Shown here: positions 58,742 through 64,000 of the stretch, one piece after another
Position numbering within the stretch: position 1 is the stretch's first letter
Layout of the letters: every line of letters starts with the position of its first letter
Assembly (NCBI GenBank): GCA_964624415.1
Contig: CAZUWR010000001.1
Coordinates: 3,855-67,854 of the forward strand
Direction: 5' to 3'
From: an uncultured Bdellovibrionales bacterium
GTDB lineage: Bacteria; Patescibacteriota; Minisyncoccia; Moranbacterales; UBA1568
Length of the DNA: 64,000 nucleotides
Notes under the pieces: model-generated
Told to the model about the DNA's origin: nothing
Seen by the model: only the letters and a program-made list of their open reading frames with translations
Databases searched by the model: none
Translations under genes and position numbers: made by a program

Positions 58742-58751
58742 ATGGCACAAT

Positions 58752-58790
58752 AAAAGGTGATGATATAAAATTCATCACCTTTTAGCTTTT
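58752..58790. terminator. bidirectional hairpin terminator between convergent genes
   Basis: AAGGTGATGA..TCATCACCTT followed by T-rich. Confidence 0.5.
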
Positions 58791-59779
58791 TAGAAGAAGA
58801 TCTCTGTTTCCGAGGCAGCCTCTATCCAGTGGATATCAGCGCCCTGTTTTTCCCATCGGCGCAGCCAAGTGCGCTGTCTTTTGGCATAGTGGACGATGTC
58901 GAAGAAAAGTTTTTCTTTCATTGTCGGTTCGTCGATGTTTCCCTGCAAGAAGCGAGCTATCCATCGGTATTCAAGACCGAAGGCCTCCAGTTTTTCCCAT
59001 GCCGCGCCATGCTCGTGGAGGCGCCGCACTTCTTCGATCATGCCCTGATCGAAGCGTTCGTCCAGGCGTTTTCGTATATTCGCATCCAGGATGTCTTTTG
59101 GAGGATTGAACGCGATAATGAAATAGTTGCTTTGATTGATATATTGAGGTTTGGGATGTGTCATTCCGATCGTAGCGGAGGAATCCGAGATCCTTCGACT
59201 ACGCTCAGGATGACATATCATGGGGTTGCTCTGCAGTGAAGGGACTTTTCCAAGTGATTGTACGATTTCCAGAGCCCGGATAAGCCGGATGGGATTGTTT
59301 CTATCGATAGTTAGGGCTCTTTCCGGATCGATGGCTTGCAGTTTTGCAAAGAGTTCTTGGATAGAAAGGTGCGAAAGTTCTTTGCGCAGTATGAGATCGG
59401 GCAAGACCTCCGGGAAGGATTGGTTATCGATGAGCGCCTGCGCCCAAAAAAGCGTACCTCCGCAGAGGATGGGGAGTTTGCCGCGGCTTCGGATGTCTCG
59501 GATGATTGCTTGGGCATCACATTTGAAGTCCGTGACATTGTACTCCTCGTGCGGCTCGCGAATATCGAGGAGGTGATGCTGAGCGAGCGACTGCTCTTCG
59601 GTAGTCACCTTACCCGTCCCGATATCCATTCCGCAGTACACCTGTCGGCTGTCGGCTGAAATAATCTCGCCATCGTATTTGAGGGCCAGTGAAATTGCCA
59701 AAGAAGACTTGCCCGAGGCTGTCGGCCCGACGATGGCAAGGGTTTGTGATCTGTCGAATTTTCTTGACGTATGATTCAT
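58790..59779 (-). CDS. miaA: tRNA dimethylallyltransferase with in-frame repeat-element insertion
   Basis: P-loop GPTASGKS, DSRQVYCGMDIGT; ~22 extra residues (MICHPERSRRISDSSATIGMTH) relative to E. coli MiaA at the position of the palindromic repeat. Confidence 0.85.
   Translation of the reverse strand: MNHTSRKFDRSQTLAIVGPTASGKSSLAISLALKYDGEIISADSRQVYCGMDIGTGKVTTEEQSLAQHHLLDIREPHEEYNVTDFKCDAQAIIRDIRSRGKLPILCGGTLFWAQALIDNQSFPEVLPDLILRKELSHLSIQELFAKLQAIDPERALTIDRNNPIRLIRALEIVQSLGKVPSLQSNPMICHPERSRRISDSSATIGMTHPKPQYINQSNYFIIAFNPPKDILDANIRKRLDERFDQGMIEEVRRLHEHGAAWEKLEAFGLEYRWIARFLQGNIDEPTMKEKLFFDIVHYAKRQRTWLRRWEKQGADIHWIEAASETEIFF
59160..59214. repeat. 55-bp palindromic repeat element (GTCATTCCGATCGTAGCGGAGGAATC-CGA-GATCCTTCGACTACGCTCAGGATGAC) inside miaA
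   Basis: Two imperfect inverted half-units; second half identical to 41708-41733. Confidence 0.55.
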
Positions 59780-59806
59780 AGTATGTTAGTATAGGCTATT
59801 CAGAAT

Positions 59807-59896
59807 GGAAATGCAAGCGGTTTTCTGAACGTAGAAAAAGTACTTGCTGAACGGGCTGAAGTTTGGCTCTTTATCAATTGAATACGAGGTAATGAT
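59807..59896 (+). promoter_or_regulatory. conserved structured RNA leader, copy 1
   Basis: ~78% identical to 61042-61123; nested helices GCAAG/CTTGC enclosing GTTTTCT/AGAAAAA. Confidence 0.4.
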
Positions 59897-60280
59897 ATGC
59901 ATACTGTAGCGCAAAAATTGGCATTGCTAACAGCCATCGTAACGGTGATAGGAGGAGTTACAGCAAGTCTGTATTATAGGCAAGTATGGATACTACCTTT
60001 GACTGTGTTTGTCATGAGGGGAACAGAGATGCTTCTTCATATTGAAACAGAGATGACATTGATATATTCTTCGGAGGAACTCGGAAAAAGGGTTGCTCGA
60101 TGGATATTTATCTTGACTGTTCTTGCGGCGGTAATCGGTATTTTTGATACCACTACAGCAGGTATAGTCTGTTTTGTAATGATATTTCTCGTCTCATGTA
60201 AACTCGCTCAAACTCTGGCAATCTACATCAAAAAATATGATCAAATTTACGATTTCCACAAGGTTTTTAGTGAGGAATAA
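59897..60280 (+). CDS. hypothetical membrane protein (127 aa)
   Basis: 4 TM helices; AT-rich. Confidence 0.4.
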   Translation: MHTVAQKLALLTAIVTVIGGVTASLYYRQVWILPLTVFVMRGTEMLLHIETEMTLIYSSEELGKRVARWIFILTVLAAVIGIFDTTTAGIVCFVMIFLVSCKLAQTLAIYIKKYDQIYDFHKVFSEE

Positions 60281-60288
60281 GGAGTAGT

Positions 60289-60591
60289 GTGATGAAGAGA
60301 AAACAAAAAACGAAAACAAAAAAATGCATATCTATCTCCGAGGAGTATTTTCAGGAACTCCTAAACTTTCTTCAAAAATCGTATAAGAACTTACTCGAAT
60401 ACGCGTTTTATAAAGAGGCTGAGATCTTTTTGGGCGCTATAAAAGCCATGAAGAAAGGGTGTTTCGGAAAGGCAAAAAAACTTTTTCAAAGGTTAACTGC
60501 CGATGTCCAAAGAACTCTTAGCGAAGGGTATCAGGAGGATGATTACATGCGATCAGTACGTAATCTTAAGCCCGCGATAGATGAATTGTGA
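60289..60591 (+). CDS. hypothetical basic protein (100 aa)
   Basis: AGGAG RBS; Lys-rich N-terminus; no homology. Confidence 0.35.
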   Translation: MMKRKQKTKTKKCISISEEYFQELLNFLQKSYKNLLEYAFYKEAEIFLGAIKAMKKGCFGKAKKLFQRLTADVQRTLSEGYQEDDYMRSVRNLKPAIDEL

Positions 60592-60687
60592 TTTGAAAGA
60601 TGAAGATGTAAAGCCGAAACGTCAATGACGGAGTAGGCTTTTATACTACCCGAAAATGCTTCTTTGAGCCGTATTTGTCAGATATGA

Positions 60688-60716
60688 TTGACAAATGTTG
60701 CGGCGTATGCTATACT
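60688..60716 (+). promoter_or_regulatory. sigma70-type promoter (TTGACA-17-TATACT)
   Basis: Consensus elements ~20 nt upstream of RNA leader copy 2. Confidence 0.45.
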
Positions 60717-60734
60717 GGGTTTTTCACGTCAGCA

Positions 60735-60817
60735 ATGCGGGCAGTTTTCCCAAGACGGAAAAGCGCTTGCGAACTAACCTGAAAACAGGTTTTTTGAAAC
60801 TCTTATGGAGGATGCAG
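60735..60817 (+). promoter_or_regulatory. conserved structured RNA leader, copy 2, followed by intrinsic terminator (AACCUG-aaaa-CAGGUU + U6)
   Basis: Same nested-helix pattern with wobble-compatible substitutions (GCGGGC/GCTTGC). Confidence 0.4.
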
Positions 60818-60819
60818 CT

Positions 60820-60972
60820 ATGACGCTGTCAACAATACTGATATGGGTAGTTTTCCTTTTTATTGTCTATTTATTTTATCTGGCGATGAAGGGAACGAAA
60901 CCAGTAGGGTGTTCTGTGTGGGTACAAATGAATAAATATGCCCCGCACAAAACCGATACCACGTTCGATTAA
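60820..60972 (+). CDS. 50-aa hydrophobic peptide (single TM)
   Basis: GGAGGA RBS; MTLSTILIWVVFLFIVYLFYLAM.. Confidence 0.3.
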   Translation: MTLSTILIWVVFLFIVYLFYLAMKGTKPVGCSVWVQMNKYAPHKTDTTFD

Positions 60973-61041
60973 AATCAGTAGTCGACGACGGAGGTCTCAT
61001 ATTCTTACATCAAGAAGAGGCCTCCGAAAATTATTCACACC

Positions 61042-61123
61042 GGAAATGCGAGCGGTTTTCCGAAACGGAACAAATGCTTGCCGACCGGGCTGAAGTTTGG
61101 CTCTTTAAAAATTTTACGAGGAT
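61042..61123 (+). promoter_or_regulatory. conserved structured RNA leader, copy 3
   Basis: Shares GGGCTGAAGTTTGGCTCTTTA 21-mer and TACGAGG..ATGAT..ATG tail with copy 1. Confidence 0.4.
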
Positions 61124-61411
61124 ATGATTATGAATGTTGTATTTATGATAGAGTGTATAACACTTTGCGTAATGGGTCATGGACACGGATATGCTATGAA
61201 TTGGCTGGTAATTGAGGATATGACAGAAAATGATTTTAAAGACGAAAATATTCAAGAATGGATTCTATTGAATATTTTCAAAAAAGGAACAATACCAATT
61301 GGCCAGGATATTGTGACCGTGAAAAAATCGATGTTTTCTGATGGGCATGAAGTTGACGGATTCAGTGAATCCAAGAGCTTTAAGGTGAAGTTTTCACTAG
61401 AAAGAGTGTAG
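61124..61411 (+). CDS. hypothetical protein (95 aa)
   Basis: AT-rich; no homology. Confidence 0.35.
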   Translation: MIMNVVFMIECITLCVMGHGHGYAMNWLVIEDMTENDFKDENIQEWILLNIFKKGTIPIGQDIVTVKKSMFSDGHEVDGFSESKSFKVKFSLERV

Positions 61412-61428
61412 TCAGCGATAAAGTCGCA

Positions 61429-61460
61429 AGAGCCTGCTTAAACATAAAAGCAGGCTCTTA
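61429..61460. terminator. bidirectional rho-independent terminator
   Basis: AAGAGCCTGCTT-aaacataa-AAGCAGGCTCTT flanked by T/A runs; between convergent gene and dnaE. Confidence 0.6.
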
Positions 61461-61476
61461 AAAATGTGCAAAAAAC

Positions 61477-63996
61477 CTACTCCACACTGGCAACTCCGGC
61501 AATATCCGCGAGTTGTTTTTTTGTATCTTCGGTCGCTTCGATGGTGTGCGGGGTGTGTATGGTGGCGCCCTGGACGCGGACATAGACGGGCGTCTCGCCC
61601 TTGGGGAGACGGGCGAGGGTAGCGGAGACGGTTTCGAGGAGCTGTTTGCTTACAGCGCTGTCTTGGAGAGTGATGGTGAGGCGGAGATTTTTACCGGATC
61701 CCGCATCAAGTACGGGATGACTTAGATGATGTTGTCCGTTGGTTGTTGGTTGTTGATTGTTGACTGTCTGTGGTTCGTTTTTCGCTCGTGTCAAGAGGAC
61801 TCGCTTGAAAGTCTCGACGGACTGCAAATCGACTTTCTCGGCATCCTCGGCGAGTATTTTTGGGACGCCGTCTTCATTGGAAAGTCTGCCCTGCACGATG
61901 ACGAGTTCGTCTTCTATCCACATACCGCCGGTTTTTTCTACAGCGCGCGGGAAGACGAGCACTTCGACGCGCCCGGTCAGGTCTTCGAGGCTGACGAAAA
62001 ACATTTCTTGCTGGCGTTTGGTGTAGGTTTTGCGCACGGTGCTGATGACACCGCCCACTTTGACGCTGATACCGCTCTCTCGCTTTTCCAAATCATGAAT
62101 CGGAATGGTAATCTGATCGAAGTATTCCTTGAAATCGCTGACCGGATGATCGCTGACATAGAGGCCGAGGAGTTCCTTTTCCCACTTGAGCTTTTGTTTT
62201 TTCTCGATAGGTGGCACGTTTTCGAGGCGTAGCTCGGAGGTTTCGATCGGCATGCTTCCGAAGAGGCTGTCGGTGTGAGTTTCTTTTATCTTCTGCAGAT
62301 TGCGGGAGTGTTTGAGGATTTTGTCGATGCTGGCAAGGAGCTGACTGCGCTCGCCGAAAGCATCGAGGGCGCCCACTTTTGAGAGAGCTTCGAGGGATTT
62401 CTTGTTGAGGTCTTTGGTCTGGACACGCTCGACGAAATCGGCGATGGAGCGGAACTTTCCACCGCGCTTGCGCTCTTTGACGATTTCTTCAGCAGCTACT
62501 TTGCCGACGTTTTTGATGGCATTGAGTCCGAAGCGGATACGCTCTTTTCCTTCGGCATCCGGGACAACGGCAAATTCCTCGAAGCTTTCATTGACATCCG
62601 GTGGCAAGACCTCGATGCCCATCTCGCGGCATTCATTGACCTCGATAGCGATGCGATCCGTCGTGTCCTGGTCGGAGGTGAGGAGGGCGGCCATAAAGGA
62701 TGCCGGGTAATGTGCTTTAAGGTAGGCGGTCTGATAGCCGATGAGCGCATAGCAGGCAGCGTGCGAACGGTTGAAACCATATCCGGCGAACGGTTCGATA
62801 AACGCGAAGACTCCCTCGGCTATATCTTTGCTGATGCCTTGCTCACCGCAACGCGCCACGAATTTGATGCGCTGCTCTTGAATGAGCTCGAGGATTTTTT
62901 TGCCCATCGCTTTGCGAAGCACATCGGCTTCGCCGAGGGTGAAGCCGGCCAGGTCGCGGGCGATTTGCATCACTTGCTCCTGATAGACGGCCACGCCATA
63001 GGTAGTGGCGAGTATCGGTTCAAGTTTCGGGTGCAGGTACTTCACGGTTTTGCGTCCGTGTTTGCCATCGATAAAATCAGGGATCCAGTCCATCGGTCCC
63101 GGACGGTAGAGGGCGACCATAGCGATGATGTCTTCGAGGACGGTCGGCTTAAGCTGGCGCAGGTAGCGCTTCATACCATTGCTTTCCAGCTGGAAGACGC
63201 CGGTCGTGTGGGCCTTTTGGAGTAGCTCATAGGTTTTTTCGTCATCGATAGGGAGGCGATCCATAATGTCGGAAATGGAAGCGGTCTTCGGGTCAAGGCC
63301 GATACGGATGATGAGTTCGTCGAGTTTGCCCAATGCGCGGATGATGCGGATGGTGTTTTGCATGATGGTGAGGTTTTTGAGTCCCAAAAAGTCCATCTTG
63401 AGCAAGCCGATCTTTTCCACGGCGCTGAATTTGGTGGAGGAAGCATACTGTGTCACGGTGCCTTCTCGTGTGCCGGAGATTTTTTGGATGGGGGTGTATT
63501 CGGTGACCGGGTCTTTGGTGATCACCACGCCGCAGGCATGCATCGAGGCATGGCGCGCGAGACCTTCGAGGTTTTTGGCCACGTCGATGAGCTTGCGCGC
63601 TTCCGGATCCGCATCGTAGAGTTTTTTGAAATCCACCGCTTCTTCGAGCGCTTTTTTCATCGTGGAAAACATCGGGATGAGTTTGGCGACTTGATCGCAG
63701 AGCGCATACGAATAGCCCAGTGCACGACCCGTGTCGCGGATAGCCGCGCGCGCCGCCATTGTTCCGAAGGTGATGATCTGTGCGACGTGATCGTGGCCGT
63801 ATTTTTCGCGGACATAGTTGAGCACATCATCGCGACGATCATCGGCGAAGTCCATATCGACATCGGGCATCGAGATACGTTCCGGATTGAGGAATCGCTC
63901 GAAGAGGAGATCGTATTCGATTGGATCCATGTTGGTGATACCGGTGAGGTAGGCGACGAAACTTCCCGCCGCCGAGCCGCGTCCCGGCCCCACCAT
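61477..63996 (-). CDS. dnaE: DNA polymerase III alpha subunit, C-terminal ~840 aa (gene continues past window end)
   Basis: Pol III alpha finger/thumb and OB-fold region pattern; N-terminus beyond 64000. Confidence 0.9.
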   Translation of the reverse strand: MVGPGRGSAAGSFVAYLTGITNMDPIEYDLLFERFLNPERISMPDVDMDFADDRRDDVLNYVREKYGHDHVAQIITFGTMAARAAIRDTGRALGYSYALCDQVAKLIPMFSTMKKALEEAVDFKKLYDADPEARKLIDVAKNLEGLARHASMHACGVVITKDPVTEYTPIQKISGTREGTVTQYASSTKFSAVEKIGLLKMDFLGLKNLTIMQNTIRIIRALGKLDELIIRIGLDPKTASISDIMDRLPIDDEKTYELLQKAHTTGVFQLESNGMKRYLRQLKPTVLEDIIAMVALYRPGPMDWIPDFIDGKHGRKTVKYLHPKLEPILATTYGVAVYQEQVMQIARDLAGFTLGEADVLRKAMGKKILELIQEQRIKFVARCGEQGISKDIAEGVFAFIEPFAGYGFNRSHAACYALIGYQTAYLKAHYPASFMAALLTSDQDTTDRIAIEVNECREMGIEVLPPDVNESFEEFAVVPDAEGKERIRFGLNAIKNVGKVAAEEIVKERKRGGKFRSIADFVERVQTKDLNKKSLEALSKVGALDAFGERSQLLASIDKILKHSRNLQKIKETHTDSLFGSMPIETSELRLENVPPIEKKQKLKWEKELLGLYVSDHPVSDFKEYFDQITIPIHDLEKRESGISVKVGGVISTVRKTYTKRQQEMFFVSLEDLTGRVEVLVFPRAVEKTGGMWIEDELVIVQGRLSNEDGVPKILAEDAEKVDLQSVETFKRVLLTRAKNEPQTVNNQQPTTNGQHHLSHPVLDAGSGKNLRLTITLQDSAVSKQLLETVSATLARLPKGETPVYVRVQGATIHTPHTIEATEDTKKQLADIAGVASVE

Positions 63997-64000
63997 GATC

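Noticed and set aside
60600-61130. Possible CRISPR-like spacing of repeated elements
   Set aside because: The repeats are ~85-nt structured leaders 300-900 bp apart, each followed by an ORF. They are not short regularly spaced direct repeats, and there is no cas gene nearby.

Overview
Bacterial chromosome segment, about 48% GC, with compact housekeeping genes and several AT-rich accessory patches. It may be from a reduced-genome lineage such as Patescibacteria, but that is not provable from sequence alone. Confident core genes are listed below.

- Cell wall and central metabolism: mraY, pgk, eno.
- Nucleotide sugar: rmlC-rmlB-[inserted ORF]-rmlD.
- Housekeeping RNA/protein factors: glyA, rpmF, nusB, rnc, a short hinge-less SMC, cspA-like.
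- Regulators: an OmpR/histidine-kinase pair next to a VKOR-like protein; an ECF sigma/anti-sigma cluster with secreted TSP3-repeat proteins and ApbE.
- Ribosomal genes in two separated blocks: rpsP with rplJ-rplL (26.4-28.0 kb) and secE-nusG-rplK-rplA (49.5-51.6 kb).
- Class III RNR (nrdD, nrdG), split by an opposite-strand small gene.
- Nucleotide metabolism: dcd-thyA-folA.
- Others: gatB, miaA, tRNA-Gln(UUG), dnaX and a partial dnaE.

Most interesting non-canonical signals:

1. Two paralogous ~95-bp cassettes, each a perfect sigma70 promoter plus conserved inverted repeat/hairpin leader, driving two small genes that flank nrdG and converge on nrdG/nrdD.
2. Three paralogous ~85-nt structured RNA leaders in a 1.4-kb stretch upstream of small membrane/unknown proteins. 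One is followed by an intrinsic terminator, so it looks like a riboswitch-type attenuator.
3. A small-protein cluster (57.85-58.75 kb) with a leader-peptide/terminator attenuator.
4. A palindromic RPE/MITE-like repeat inserted in-frame into miaA, with partial copies next to tRNA-Gln and 3' of rplA.
5. An AT-rich island of unknown proteins abutting the 3' end of tRNA-Gln.

No CRISPR array, transposase or integrase was recognised. All calls come from reading the sequence and motif recall; no database search was possible.
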